Sequence record: OZ335959.1
Length of the DNA: 64,000 nucleotides
Strand: one strand, 5' to 3'
Origin: a phage
The position numbers and the translations under genes are program-made. Every line of letters begins with the position of its first letter. Position 1 is the stretch's first letter. Below are positions 38,372-48,292 of this stretch, piece by piece. The notes beneath the pieces are model-generated. The model made no database searches. It worked only from the letters and a program-made list of their open reading frames with translations, and was not told the DNA's origin.

Positions 38372-39058
38372 TTAAAAATCGTGGGTAGAATCAGCTTCAA
38401 GAGCTACTACATAATTCGCATGTTCACCTTCAAATTTAGCAGCGCCTTGTTTACCTTTTGCCCAGAGCAGAAGTTTATAATTTCCTGGTTGCATTTTCAT
38501 ATTTGCCATATTGATAATGAAATTAAATGTATTTTCACCATCATAATCACCAAGAGTCAAAGAATATTTAACACGGGTCAAAGCAGAATCTTCTACTTTA
38601 TTAAAACCGTTAATTACGATTTTACCTTCTTTTACTGTGATAGCAATTGTATCAATCTGCAGACCACGAGATACACGCAACAGCTGTTGAAGGTCTTCAG
38701 CTTTAATTTCGGTAACAACAGATGCTACCGGGAATGGAATCGGTTTATTAGGAGCAACTACTGTACTTGGATCGGCTGCTGGCCAAAAAATTGTTGAACG
38801 AGCATCAGCAATTTTAATATTTCCATCTTCTGACTGGGAAATTTCTGCATCGTCATTAACTAAGGACAGAATACCGAGAAAACCGTTCAAATCGTAAATT
38901 GCTACATCAAAATCAATAGTGTCAGAAATATTTGCTTCCGCATAAGTTGTACCATTAACTGCGCGAGTCATAATAAATTGACCAGATTTAAGCATAATAC
39001 CAGAGTTAATAGTAGCGAAATTTTTAAGCAGAGCAGTAGTATCTTTAGACAGTTTCAT
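38372..39058 (-). CDS. 45: Sliding clamp gp45
   Basis: 228-aa ORF MKLSKDTTALLKNFATINSGIMLKSGQFIMTRAVNGTTYAEANISD...; T4 gp45 length. Confidence 0.93.
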   Translation of the reverse strand: MKLSKDTTALLKNFATINSGIMLKSGQFIMTRAVNGTTYAEANISDTIDFDVAIYDLNGFLGILSLVNDDAEISQSEDGNIKIADARSTIFWPAADPSTVVAPNKPIPFPVASVVTEIKAEDLQQLLRVSRGLQIDTIAITVKEGKIVINGFNKVEDSALTRVKYSLTLGDYDGENTFNFIINMANMKMQPGNYKLLLWAKGKQGAAKFEGEHANYVVALEADSTHDF

Positions 39059-39077
39059 GTAATTTCCTTCAATTCAA

Positions 39078-39102
39078 ATGAGATTTAATTTTATAACTAA
39101 TT
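39078..39102 (-). promoter_or_regulatory. Middle promoter (MotA box TTGCTTTA, 12 bp, TAAAAT) for gene 45
   Basis: MotA-box consensus and sigma70 -10 at the canonical spacing, directly upstream of the gene 45 ATG. Confidence 0.5.
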
Positions 39103-39113
39103 TAATAAAGCAA

Positions 39114-39503
39114 TTAACGATTAAAATCAGAAGCAATTGTTTCCGCAACAATTTGAGCAGCAACAATTAGACGTTCATCTGCATTACCACAATAATCGTC
39201 TTCAAGGCGTTCACCACATGAAGTCATAATAAATTTAGCACCAGCATTTAAAGATTCTGTCGTATGTTTGCGCATTAGTTCAATCCATTTATCACTCACT
39301 TCACGATCGATAGCTTCATAATACGCATGACGAGCAGGTGCAGATTTAATTTTATTCTGAATAACTTCCATCGCGTTATCAGAAAGAGACAAAACCCATG
39401 CTCGACGAATTTTATTTTGGTTTTGTGGATTTGATTCAGAACGCACGTGTTTTGGCTGAATATCTTTTACATCAACAGTATAATTCACAGTAATTTTAGT
39501 CAT
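39114..39503 (-). CDS. rpbA: RNA polymerase-binding protein RpbA
   Basis: 129-aa ORF at T4 rpbA position and length. Confidence 0.75.
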   Translation of the reverse strand: MTKITVNYTVDVKDIQPKHVRSESNPQNQNKIRRAWVLSLSDNAMEVIQNKIKSAPARHAYYEAIDREVSDKWIELMRKHTTESLNAGAKFIMTSCGERLEDDYCGNADERLIVAAQIVAETIASDFNR

Positions 39504-39512
39504 AATACACCT

Positions 39513-39701
39513 TTAGTCATAATAATCAGTAACAGTCCAAGCTTCATTTCTGTTGGACATTATTTTCGTATATTCTGCTTTAAATGCATTCTTAAGCATA
39601 GATTCAGTAACTATATGCTCTTCATTAGAAAAATTATTTCTCAGAATATATCGTTTTATTTCAGGAATAGTTAATAGATGCTGTCCAGTTGAATATTCCA
39701 T
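39513..39701 (-). CDS. Hypothetical protein, 62 aa (45.2 position)
   Basis: Track ORF. Confidence 0.5.
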   Translation of the reverse strand: MEYSTGQHLLTIPEIKRYILRNNFSNEEHIVTESMLKNAFKAEYTKIMSNRNEAWTVTDYYD

Positions 39702-39756
39702 GTTTTTCCTCCATAGAGATTATACTCTAATAAATTAAAGCATAATCTCTTATAAA

Positions 39757-41439
39757 TTAAACCATTACAGTAAATCGACCAACTTTCTTCATTTGAAGAT
39801 GCTGACCATATTCTTGCGGGTCATGGTCTTTATGCGAAATTATAAAAACATTAGTATTTTTCATTGAATTTATAATATTAGCTACACCTTTAATACCTTC
39901 GGCATCAAATGACCCATCAAACACTTCATCAAGAATTAATGTACTAATACTAACACCAGATACGATAGAAGCAATATCACGCCAAGTAAATAAAAGAGCA
40001 ATATCGATTCGTGCTTTTTCACCTTCACTAAATGAAGCATAACTAAAATCTTCACGACCACGGGATTTAATTGTCTCATTAAATTCTTCATCTAATGTAA
40101 ACACATAATCCGCTTCCATTATTTTAAGATAATGGTTAATCTGCTTATTAAATAATGGAATGTACTTTTTAATAATAGCACCTTTAATACCAGAATCTTT
40201 GAGCATATCAGTCAAAATTCCTCTGTGGTATTTTTCCATTACTAAATTAGTTTTTGTCTTAACAATTTTATCAAGTTCTTCTTGAAGCAGTGCTATTTCA
40301 TCAGCATGGTCAATAAACTCGGATGATGCTTTTTCTATAGCTGCTTTAACTTTTTTAGCTTTATCTACCGTCGTGATTAGAGATTGCTTTTTATTGCGAA
40401 TATCATTTGCCAACGTCTGTTGGGTTTTAATATTATCTCGGTATTCATCAACAAGAACTTTTAAATTATCACGATGTGTTGAAAGCTGTTCAAACGAATG
40501 TGTGCATTCAGAAACTTTATCTTTAATTTTAGAAACAACTTTATCACCTGAACTTAATTGTGACAAACAAGTTGGACATAATCCACCTTCGTGATACATA
40601 TTAATGACTTTATTATACGAGTCAATTTTTGATTTAATTAAAAATGCTTCTTGACCGATTTTATTAAATGCATCAGTCGGGTCTTCATCCAAAACAATAT
40701 TAACTAATCTTTCATTAGCTTCTTCTATTTCCGATTTTAGCGTTCTAGCTTCTTTTGCCAAATCATCATACATATTCTGCAGACGAGTAAGGTTATCACC
40801 AGTTAATTTTTTCTGGCGTTCAACGTTATCATTATATATTTTAATTTGCTGGATAATACTATCTTTTTTAACATCAAGCACTTGGTTTTGTGAATTTAAT
40901 TCACGTATTAGTGCTTTATTAAGCTTATCCATTTCAGCTAGTGTTCCTACCTCGAGCAGGTCTTCGACGAGTTTTCTTCTTGCAGGAGTGGATAGGCCCA
41001 TAAAAGGGGTATATCCAGCCGTGCCGAGTACGACGATCTGTTTGAAACTGGCGTATGACATTCCGATAAGCTGTTCAAATTCTGCTTGGAAATCTTTACT
41101 GCTGGCAGATTCATTAAGACGTGTACCGTTAACGGTGATTTCGAAAACATTCGGTTTTTGTCCTCTTTTGATATAGTACTTTTTCTCATCATATTCCATC
41201 CACAGTTCAACTAAAAGTTCTTTCTTATTTGTGCTGTTTATTAATTGACCTTTCTTTACATCACGAAATGGCTTGCCAAAAAGCCCAAATGTGATGGCTT
41301 CTAACATAGTAGACTTACCACCGCCATTTCGTCCAGTAATAAGAGTTTTTTGAACCTTATCTAGTTGAATGTCAATAGGATTTCCACCTACTGACATTAT
41401 ATTTTGATACCTAACTCGGTTTAGTTTAAAATTCTTCAC
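39757..41439 (-). CDS. 46: Recombination nuclease subunit gp46 (Rad50/SbcC-like ATPase)
   Basis: 560-aa ORF with Walker A GRNGGGKST, coiled-coil middle, CPTC zinc hook and C-terminal Walker B; T4 gp46 length. Confidence 0.92.
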   Translation of the reverse strand: MKNFKLNRVRYQNIMSVGGNPIDIQLDKVQKTLITGRNGGGKSTMLEAITFGLFGKPFRDVKKGQLINSTNKKELLVELWMEYDEKKYYIKRGQKPNVFEITVNGTRLNESASSKDFQAEFEQLIGMSYASFKQIVVLGTAGYTPFMGLSTPARRKLVEDLLEVGTLAEMDKLNKALIRELNSQNQVLDVKKDSIIQQIKIYNDNVERQKKLTGDNLTRLQNMYDDLAKEARTLKSEIEEANERLVNIVLDEDPTDAFNKIGQEAFLIKSKIDSYNKVINMYHEGGLCPTCLSQLSSGDKVVSKIKDKVSECTHSFEQLSTHRDNLKVLVDEYRDNIKTQQTLANDIRNKKQSLITTVDKAKKVKAAIEKASSEFIDHADEIALLQEELDKIVKTKTNLVMEKYHRGILTDMLKDSGIKGAIIKKYIPLFNKQINHYLKIMEADYVFTLDEEFNETIKSRGREDFSYASFSEGEKARIDIALLFTWRDIASIVSGVSISTLILDEVFDGSFDAEGIKGVANIINSMKNTNVFIISHKDHDPQEYGQHLQMKKVGRFTVMV

Positions 41440-41699
41440 AAAAGATTCCTTTTAATGTATCTTTTAGACCATTCTATCATATCATCATAATCTAAAAAGT
41501 ATTCATCAAATTCAGCCATGCAAACAACACCTTGTGCTGCTTTTGATGTGATATAAATTATTCCAACATATCTAGAATCTTCTTCGGTGTAATCAATATT
41601 TGCTATAAATTCATCGTTAATGTCAAATGTCGAAAACTTCACAGTATGCATCCTTAATACAAGATACAGCCATATCTTGTAATGATTTAGGTGTGTCAT
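41436..41699 (-). CDS. Hypothetical protein, 87 aa (46.1 position)
   Basis: Track ORF; 5' end overlaps next ORF, true start may be internal. Confidence 0.45.
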   Translation of the reverse strand: MTHLNHYKIWLYLVLRMHTVKFSTFDINDEFIANIDYTEEDSRYVGIIYITSKAAQGVVCMAEFDEYFLDYDDMIEWSKRYIKRNLL

Positions 41700-41886
41700 T
41701 ATCTAAAATGTTGAAGTTAAAAGATACAGCCCAGTCAGTGCAGACCGTAACCTTTTTAATACAATTATCTTCAACCTCTAGCGGTTCAAACCAATATTCA
41801 ATAATTTCTTTATGCCCAATATCATCTTTTACTTCGCATTCAAAATGCTGACTCATCATAACATTTTTAAATTCATCAAAAGTCAT
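41623..41886 (-). CDS. Hypothetical protein, 87 aa (46.2 position)
   Basis: Track ORF. Confidence 0.45.
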   Translation of the reverse strand: MTFDEFKNVMMSQHFECEVKDDIGHKEIIEYWFEPLEVEDNCIKKVTVCTDWAVSFNFNILDNDTPKSLQDMAVSCIKDAYCEVFDI

Positions 41887-42902
41887 TGTGTTGCCTCTAC
41901 ATATAACTGATTTGCATATTGAATAAGTGCTTCGCGGTCAGAATCAGTGATGTCTGGAATTGCATTAATGTATTCTTCCATCAACGTCTGAAGAGATTGA
42001 ACTTCAACTTCTTCACTATCATCTGACTCGGCAGAGTTATCAATCTTTGACACAACTCGTAATGAATGCACAACTTTTTCTAGTTCAGATTCGAACTTCG
42101 TTAGATTTTTGTCTACTTCAGTTACTATAACACGCACTGATAGATTTGTAAAATCTTTATAGTCAATTTTTCCCTTAAATGGATATTGAATTCGACGATG
42201 CCAGGTAGTGTTGTTTGGAATAAATTCCATTCGTTCTGTTTCTGTATCAAACATCCAGAACCCACGAGGGTCATTCTCGTCACCCGCAGTTAGTGTCCAT
42301 GGTGTCCCAATATATCTGACGTTAGCAGCCTCAGAGATAGTATGGAAGTGACCAGACCACACCTCTTTATAAGTCTTAAGGAAATCAGGTTCAAGACCGT
42401 GAGATTTCATTCCTTTATAAAAATAAAATCCATTCAGTTCCCAGTGACCAACACAAAAAGAAGCAGATGAAGTTTTAATATGTTCAAGAATTTCACCAGT
42501 ATTTTCTTCACACATCCAAGGAATTAAATCAATCAAACATCCGTCAAAATCTACTGTAGTAGGCTTATCATATACTTTAACATTAGGATATTTAGCCAAA
42601 AGCTCAGTAGAAGCATTTGGAGTTAAAGTATTTTTAAAGTGCATATCATGGTTTCCTACGACAGTATGTAGGGTAATACCAGCATCATCAAGCATTTGAA
42701 CTATTTCACGAGCGAACTCCATAGTTTTATGCGTAATTGCTTTTCGCACATCAAAAATATCGCCGTATTGAATCCATGTAGTAATTCCGTTTTTCTTAGA
42801 ATATTCTATTGCTTGTTTAATTCCATCCAACTGAATGGATTGAACCCATTCATCGTCGGCTTTAACACCTAAATGCCAATCACCTAAATTTAAAATTTTC
42901 AT
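41883..42902 (-). CDS. 47: Recombination nuclease subunit gp47 (Mre11/SbcD-like phosphoesterase)
   Basis: 339-aa ORF with calcineurin-like phosphoesterase motifs (DWHLG, GNHD, GHWE, GHFH); T4 gp47 length. Confidence 0.92.
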   Translation of the reverse strand: MKILNLGDWHLGVKADDEWVQSIQLDGIKQAIEYSKKNGITTWIQYGDIFDVRKAITHKTMEFAREIVQMLDDAGITLHTVVGNHDMHFKNTLTPNASTELLAKYPNVKVYDKPTTVDFDGCLIDLIPWMCEENTGEILEHIKTSSASFCVGHWELNGFYFYKGMKSHGLEPDFLKTYKEVWSGHFHTISEAANVRYIGTPWTLTAGDENDPRGFWMFDTETERMEFIPNNTTWHRRIQYPFKGKIDYKDFTNLSVRVIVTEVDKNLTKFESELEKVVHSLRVVSKIDNSAESDDSEEVEVQSLQTLMEEYINAIPDITDSDREALIQYANQLYVEATQ

Positions 42903-43062
42903 ATATCAAGAACCGTCATTGAAATGCAAAATAAAATTATTGAAATAAATCCATCTGGAGTGCTAAAGAACCCAATCCAACATGCTCTAGTGAATAGATA
43001 AAACGCGAGAAAAAGTACCACATATCCAAGAAATATCATTATATCAAACTCCGTATAAAGCT

Positions 43063-43080
43063 AAAGGGCCGAAGCCCTTT
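43063..43080 (-). promoter_or_regulatory. Stem-loop at 3' end of alpha-gt (GGGC-TTCG-GCCC)
   Basis: Perfect tetraloop hairpin overlapping the alpha-gt stop. Confidence 0.45.
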
Positions 43081-44281
43081 ATTTTGTAATAATGTCAAAC
43101 TGTTCTTTAAAGCAGAAGCTTGAATCTTGATGCTGATACAAAAATTCATAAGCTTTTTCGCGTTCACGGTCATAAAGAGCTCGGTCAGATGACAGTTCTT
43201 TAATACGCTCAAATGTTGATTCCATGTCATTTTCATCAAACCAAACGATACCGCTATCATGAGAAATTAACGGAGTATTATCAACACGGAATTTTAAATT
43301 TTCGCCAGTAGATTTCCAAAATACTGGAATTGTTCCACATGCACCAAGCTCGAGATGAGTATATTCTAAAGAACGTTGTAGATATTTTTTGTCCAACTTA
43401 CTCAGCTGATAACCAAATCCGGATTTACTCATGCGTTCAAGCATTTCGCTATTTACATAACGGTCAAGAATTTGCGTTGGCAAATTAGGAGCAATTTTAA
43501 TTTGATCTACTTGATGAAGACGATAATACTCGTATGGAATTCCTTTTTCTTTAATAGGAATGAACGCTGGAGAACGTTCCAGACCTTCCATAATAGTACT
43601 TAATCCCGCAGGTTTAAGATGTTTTTCGTGAAAATCAAACATCTGATAAAAACCTTTCCATGTAGTCGTACGACCGATCCAACGGTTGACATTCATATTA
43701 ATTTCAGAAACATCTTTCCAGTATGTTGATCGAACCTTCGCAATATCCATAGGAGGCTGAAAGTTGTATACAGTCGGTGCTTCTTCAATATCATCAAACA
43801 GAGAAACGGTTTCTGGATACCATTCTTTCATTAAAACTTTATTAAAATCACCATTATCAGAATGACTAAAAATAACATCAGCTCGACGAACAGTTTCTTC
43901 TAATCCCAAATTTCGACGTAAAGAAAGAGAAGAATGGTCATGTTGATAAACTACAACACGAACCGAAGGTTTAATGTTATCAATAATTTTTTTATAGTTA
44001 TTAATAGTGTCTTCTTCGACTGAAGTAGCAGGAACTGAATTGATAATTAGAATATCACAATCATTTACCAGCTTAAGTGTTTTATCGTATTCTTTTGCCA
44101 ATAAAACCGGAATTGAAAATGATTTATAATCATGCGCGCAATTACGGGTAAATGATTTATCTTTAGCATAAACCAAAGTTACTTCATGACCATTTTTAAT
44201 AAACCAATCACGTTGCTCAAGAGAAAATTTAGTTACGCCACAACCTTCAAGACCTCGAGCCATAAAAATGCATACTTTCAT
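43079..44281 (-). CDS. agt: DNA alpha-glucosyltransferase
   Basis: 400-aa ORF MKVCIFMARGLEGCGVTKFSLEQRDWFIKNGHEVTLVYAKDKSF...; T4 alpha-gt length and position after gene 47. Confidence 0.88.
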   Translation of the reverse strand: MKVCIFMARGLEGCGVTKFSLEQRDWFIKNGHEVTLVYAKDKSFTRNCAHDYKSFSIPVLLAKEYDKTLKLVNDCDILIINSVPATSVEEDTINNYKKIIDNIKPSVRVVVYQHDHSSLSLRRNLGLEETVRRADVIFSHSDNGDFNKVLMKEWYPETVSLFDDIEEAPTVYNFQPPMDIAKVRSTYWKDVSEINMNVNRWIGRTTTWKGFYQMFDFHEKHLKPAGLSTIMEGLERSPAFIPIKEKGIPYEYYRLHQVDQIKIAPNLPTQILDRYVNSEMLERMSKSGFGYQLSKLDKKYLQRSLEYTHLELGACGTIPVFWKSTGENLKFRVDNTPLISHDSGIVWFDENDMESTFERIKELSSDRALYDREREKAYEFLYQHQDSSFCFKEQFDIITK

Positions 44282-44305
44282 TTAATATCCTCATTGTTTT
44301 GGTTT

Positions 44306-44329
44306 ATTTTACCAAAAATTTATAAAGCA
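44306..44329 (-). promoter_or_regulatory. Middle promoter (MotA box TTGCTTTA, 11 bp, TAAAAT) for alpha-gt
   Basis: MotA-box consensus and -10 at the canonical spacing upstream of alpha-gt. Confidence 0.5.
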
Positions 44330-44524
44330 ATATAGGAGCCGAAGCTCCTATCCGCATAATACACCATACAGAGGCTCATTAGAGCTTCTAAATTTTATAC
44401 GCTTATGTGTTATAGTTCCTTCTGCTTTAGCTTTATCATGAGACTCTTTAAAGCGTCTCATCATTTCTACTTTAGAGGAACGAATTTTATTATAATCTAT
44501 TTCACAAGTCTGGGCGTTCATCTT

Positions 44525-44731
44525 TCACAGCTGCCACCATTTTTTGACTTGATAAGAATCAACCCACACTTTCATATTAGGGTCTGCTCTTACAATAGGA
44601 GGATTAACTTCTTTAATTGAACTATCATGGTATTCTTTTTCAGAAATTTTCACACAAAGATGACCATTCAAAGATTCAGTAAATCCTGCATTAATTTTAA
44701 GACGCTTGAATTTTACGTGTGTAAGCATCAA
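44525..44731 (-). CDS. Hypothetical protein, 68 aa
   Basis: Track ORF. Confidence 0.45.
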   Translation of the reverse strand: MMLTHVKFKRLKINAGFTESLNGHLCVKISEKEYHDSSIKEVNPPIVRADPNMKVWVDSYQVKKWWQL

Positions 44732-45014
44732 TCATATCCTCAATCTGCGATCTAGTAGTCTTCCAAAGAATACTAATGAGTTCATCGTTATATGGCTGTT
44801 TTAGAATATCCCGACTTTTCTTGATAGCATATTCGTATTGAGCAAAATTATTGTTTTCAGCTGCAATCTGAGCGTGCTTATAAAGACGGTTCAGTTCGCG
44901 TTTGTTTTTAGACAATAACTTATTTGCTTTTCTTTCTGCTTCAAGACGGTTCTTTTCTTCAATAGAAGAAATAAGCTTTTCCACTTCATCATTAATTTCG
45001 GGTTTATCAGTCAT
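44697..45014 (-). CDS. Hypothetical coiled-coil protein, 105 aa
   Basis: Track ORF; heptad-like charged pattern. Confidence 0.5.
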   Translation of the reverse strand: MTDKPEINDEVEKLISSIEEKNRLEAERKANKLLSKNKRELNRLYKHAQIAAENNNFAQYEYAIKKSRDILKQPYNDELISILWKTTRSQIEDMIDAYTRKIQAS

Positions 45015-45015
45015 A

Positions 45016-45234
45016 TTATTTCTCTAATATAAAATAAAAATCATCATCTGTTAAATGATACCGATAGTTTAATTCTACACCATTAGATTTAAAAGCGGTA
45101 TCATACGGATTTTCTGGATCAATATCAATGTCAAGAGCTAAAACTTCCCTGAGATACATTTTAAGTAAATAGGGAATAGCTTCAACTTCAGGTATTTCTT
45201 CCAAGAATCCGGAGAGGTTAATCGTTAGCCTCAT
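45016..45234 (-). CDS. Hypothetical protein, 72 aa
   Basis: Track ORF; overlaps gp55 3' end. Confidence 0.5.
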
Positions 45235-45781
45235 ATAAAAAATCCAAACTAGGAGAATCGTCTACAACACTTTTCTTTTCAGCCCCCGGTGTTCTATAGG
45301 TTGATTCTTCGTAATGCGTCATTTTATCGTAGATGTCTTGAATAAAAGTTTCATCTACTAACGCAACCATATCGTCGTCACGACTGTCATAGACATTGTG
45401 AACGAAGTAACTGTATTTCTTTGCAACTTCCTTACGTTCTTTTTTAATACGTTGGACGAATGCATTAAAACAAGCTTGAGTTATATATGCATGTGGGTTT
45501 TTATATTTCGTTTCATCAAAATTATGAAGCCCCTTAATAGAAGCTTCTATACCATCTGCAATCATTTCTTGTTTCCAGGATTGGGTGTATCCTGAAAAGT
45601 TGAAACGTTTAGATAAGCCTTCTGCAATAAGCATAATGGCTAATCCGATAGTATCATTCTGACGAACTACTTTATTTGGGTCTTTATTATTTGCTAATTC
45701 TGTTTTCCAATCAATAATAGCTTGTAAAAGCTCTTTATTGTTTACGTAATTATATTTAGGCTTAGTTTCTGACATTTTCAC
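45218..45781 (-). CDS. 55: Late-transcription sigma factor gp55
   Basis: 187-aa [59 protein letters not shown]...; size and position of T4 gp55. Confidence 0.88.
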
Positions 45782-45853
45782 CTCTTAGCTCAATTCATAG
45801 ATCTATTATATCATAATATTTGAAGATCTATCTTAAAGCATAGAGGGTATCAG

Positions 45854-46123
45854 TTATCTAAGTAAGCAGTATGCTTGGAATACTTTCTCCATCATCTTTT
45901 TAAATTCATGAATATCTATATAATGACTAGTTAAATCAGCATGATATAAAAAGTCTAAAAACTTTTCATGTGTGCTAACATATTCACTTTCATTTAATTC
46001 AGAAACATGGCTTTCCCAATATCCAACACCAGTCTTATTTGGGAAAAATGAAATTTTCATGTATTGATCAACATAGAAAATGCCATAATTTTCAATAGTA
46101 ATAGAAATATTAATAAATTTCAT
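45854..46123 (-). CDS. Hypothetical protein, 89 aa
   Basis: Track ORF. Confidence 0.5.
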   Translation of the reverse strand: MKFINISITIENYGIFYVDQYMKISFFPNKTGVGYWESHVSELNESEYVSTHEKFLDFLYHADLTSHYIDIHEFKKMMEKVFQAYCLLR

Positions 46124-46341
46124 GCATTCATCAACTTAGCCGCTTCAAGAGCTGCATCTAGTGAATCAAACTGGTCAACGTATTCAATCAATTCGCCATA
46201 ATTAGCGTATAACCACCATTGGCTAAATTCATACTCAAGGATGAATCCATTTCCTTCAATTTGAGTTAAACCAATGCCATTTGTATTTACTTCATATCCG
46301 GCAAGACGTAAATCGTTAATAAGAGCTTCGTTCATATTCAT
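46120..46341 (-). CDS. Hypothetical acidic protein, 73 aa
   Basis: Track ORF. Confidence 0.5.
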   Translation of the reverse strand: MNMNEALINDLRLAGYEVNTNGIGLTQIEGNGFILEYEFSQWWLYANYGELIEYVDQFDSLDAALEAAKLMNA

Positions 46342-46664
46342 ACCTTAGCAATTTTCAGGTCAGCAAATTTTTTCTTGCGTTGATTTTTCATACGACGAAT
46401 AGTTTTATCGGAAATTTCATGCTTTTGATAAGCTTTAGATTCTACACCAAAAGCTTTAACATCAAATTCTGACAAGATATATTGAACCAACAATTCGCGG
46501 ACAGTATTGCGTCCAATCTTCTGATCGTTCTGTTTCATCGTCTGATGAAGCTCTTTTTCCCATTTATCCAAAATTTGAGGAGTTACAATATCGCCTTTTT
46601 CTAGCAAAGAAACTACTTTATCATATGCGTAAGAATTGATGGCGTTTTTAATTTGAATAGTCAT
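46338..46664 (-). CDS. Hypothetical protein, 108 aa
   Basis: Track ORF. Confidence 0.5.
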   Translation of the reverse strand: MTIQIKNAINSYAYDKVVSLLEKGDIVTPQILDKWEKELHQTMKQNDQKIGRNTVRELLVQYILSEFDVKAFGVESKAYQKHEISDKTIRRMKNQRKKKFADLKIAKV

Positions 46665-46696
46665 ACATTATCCTCAATTACATTAAAATTTTATTA

Positions 46697-46719
46697 TCCA
46701 AAAAGGGCCGAAGCCCTTA
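46697..46719 (-). terminator. Rho-independent terminator (GGGC-TTCG-GCCC + U run)
   Basis: Minus strand hairpin followed by TTTTTGGATAAT, immediately 3' of the 46717-46917 ORF. Confidence 0.6.
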
Positions 46720-46917
46720 GCTAAACTTTTTGGCACCCTTCCAGCCTTCGTACATCATTGCGACTGACAATGACAAAGCTCCTTCACATGCTGCATACTT
46801 ATTATTCCAGAACCAATTTAGAAAAACTTCATCCTCAATACCATTGTGTTTCATGTTCTGGAAAAATTTGGCACGTTCTTCAGCAATTCGTTGCGATAAT
46901 TTAGATTCAGGATTCAT
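46717..46917 (-). CDS. Hypothetical protein, 66 aa
   Basis: Track ORF. Confidence 0.5.
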   Translation of the reverse strand: MNPESKLSQRIAEERAKFFQNMKHNGIEDEVFLNWFWNNKYAACEGALSLSVAMMYEGWKGAKKFS

Positions 46918-47133
46918 TTAAATTTTCCAGTTACCATTTTCATCAATAAATTTAATCCAGTCATTTACTGACCACTTGGTCGTATCGCCTTTTGGAGCAA
47001 CATTTAAAGTGTATAATCCTTGTTTAAAAAGCATGCGTTTGATATTCATATTTTCCTCAGCTGTAACGATAGCACTCGTTTGATTTACGCTTAGCAACCC
47101 ATTGAGAAGTATTATAATCAAAATCATCGTCAA
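46918..47133 (-). CDS. Hypothetical protein, 71 aa
   Basis: Track ORF; hydrophobic N-terminus. Confidence 0.45.
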   Translation of the reverse strand: MTMILIIILLNGLLSVNQTSAIVTAEENMNIKRMLFKQGLYTLNVAPKGDTTKWSVNDWIKFIDENGNWKI

Positions 47134-47395
47134 TGTAAACTGATTTTTTCAACTTTCTTACTTCACCACGTAATTGGCGATTTAGCTCATCTTTAACTTC
47201 TGAATCAATGCCTTTCATTCTACGCCATTTATCAGAGCGAAAAATGTTTTCAACCATATCTTTATGACTTACACCATCAGGAGCTTTACGCTTTCCGAAA
47301 TAGTCATAATCACGAACTTTTAAGTCTTTACGACGATACGTTTTACCCATGGAGTTTAATTTCCTTAGCAACTGAACTAAATACAGCACGGTCAC
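47057..47395 (-). CDS. Hypothetical basic protein, 112 aa
   Basis: Track ORF; overlaps downstream ORF, so start is probably internal. Confidence 0.45.
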   Translation of the reverse strand: MTVLYLVQLLRKLNSMGKTYRRKDLKVRDYDYFGKRKAPDGVSHKDMVENIFRSDKWRRMKGIDSEVKDELNRQLRGEVRKLKKSVYIDDDFDYNTSQWVAKRKSNECYRYS

Positions 47396-47525
47396 AAATC
47401 ATCTGTTTATGTAACTTGAGTATAAGATAATAAACTTCAAAACCGTTTACGTAAGTAACACGAACAACATTACCATTAATAAAATAATATTGTCCCTTTT
47501 TAATTTCTTTATCAACCACAACCAT
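47343..47525 (-). CDS. Hypothetical protein, 60 aa
   Basis: Track ORF with its own early promoter. Confidence 0.5.
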   Translation of the reverse strand: MVVVDKEIKKGQYYFINGNVVRVTYVNGFEVYYLILKLHKQMICDRAVFSSVAKEIKLHG

Positions 47526-47555
47526 ATCAAATCCTCAAAGGCAATTCATATGTTA

Positions 47556-47585
47556 ATAATACCACAGTTTGAACTTCCTGTAAAC
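47556..47585 (-). promoter_or_regulatory. Early promoter
   Basis: Minus strand GTTTAC, 18 bp, TATTAT. Confidence 0.5.
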
Positions 47586-47683
47586 AACTTTGTGAAAATT
47601 ATTTTAGGGAATGATAAGAAGGGAACGATAGCTTAGAATGGTAATATACAGAATGTGAGAAAGAAAGGCCCAGAGGGCCCGTC

Positions 47684-48007
47684 TTAGTCTTCTATGATAT
47701 CTCTATCATATCCAAGTGAAATGAGAGTTTCTTTGAAGTGTTTAATGTTCTTTTGTCTAGAATCATTGATGAAAATGACTGGATAACGAATGTTAAGAGA
47801 TGTAAATCCAGCGCGTTTAGCAAGAGATACAATCAGTGGACGATCATACTCAATCTTGCCGTTATTTGTAAGAACTTTATAGAAAGTAAAAGGAGCATTG
47901 AGCTCCTTTAGAAGTTTTGTAACTGATTGACATCCAGGACAACGACCAACTTCATCTGGAATTCCATAGACTTCAATCTTATTCTTTAAGTTCGAGTTTT
48001 GTTCCAC
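47684..48007 (-). CDS. Glutaredoxin-like protein (NrdH-type, CPGC active site)
   Basis: KIEVYGIPDEVGRCPGCQ... thioredoxin-fold start; 5' end uncertain: proposed GTG at 48005-48007 with AAGGAA SD, track maximal ORF extends to 48136. Confidence 0.6.
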   Translation of the reverse strand: MEQNSNLKNKIEVYGIPDEVGRCPGCQSVTKLLKELNAPFTFYKVLTNNGKIEYDRPLIVSLAKRAGFTSLNIRYPVIFINDSRQKNIKHFKETLISLGYDRDIIED

Positions 48008-48290
48008 GAGAAATAATTCCTTGATAAGCCCAATATGGCGGGTTAACAGAATCATCGCCAGAATTTTCTTCAGGAAAATAAACCTGGATAACAAATCCAG
48101 ATTCATCAAAGGTAAAATAAACCGTAGGTAATTCACCTAACAATTCAGCACGATTATTAATTTCTTCGAGTTCTCGTTCACGTCCGGCCCAAAAACTAGG
48201 ATTTAGACTACATTCATAGAAATAATAGTCATTACCGAACATATCAAAACCATTCCAACTCTCTACCACATACCGCTCAAAACTAATCAT
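47979..48290 (-). CDS. Hypothetical protein, 103 aa
   Basis: Track ORF. Confidence 0.5.
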   Translation of the reverse strand: MISFERYVVESWNGFDMFGNDYYFYECSLNPSFWAGRERELEEINNRAELLGELPTVYFTFDESGFVIQVYFPEENSGDDSVNPPYWAYQGIISRGTKLELKE

Positions 48291-48292
48291 AA

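Noticed and set aside
38381-38797. Plus-strand 138-aa ORF
   Set aside because: Antisense within sliding clamp gene 45.
43039-43260. Minus-strand 73-aa ORF overlapping the alpha-gt 3' end
   Set aside because: Alternative frame inside alpha-gt; the real downstream gene, if any, is a shorter ORF starting near 43040.
47979-48290. NPPY motif (SVNPPYWAY) suggesting an N6-adenine methyltransferase
   Set aside because: Protein is only 103 aa with no SAM-binding FxGxG motif; the tetrapeptide match is most likely coincidental.
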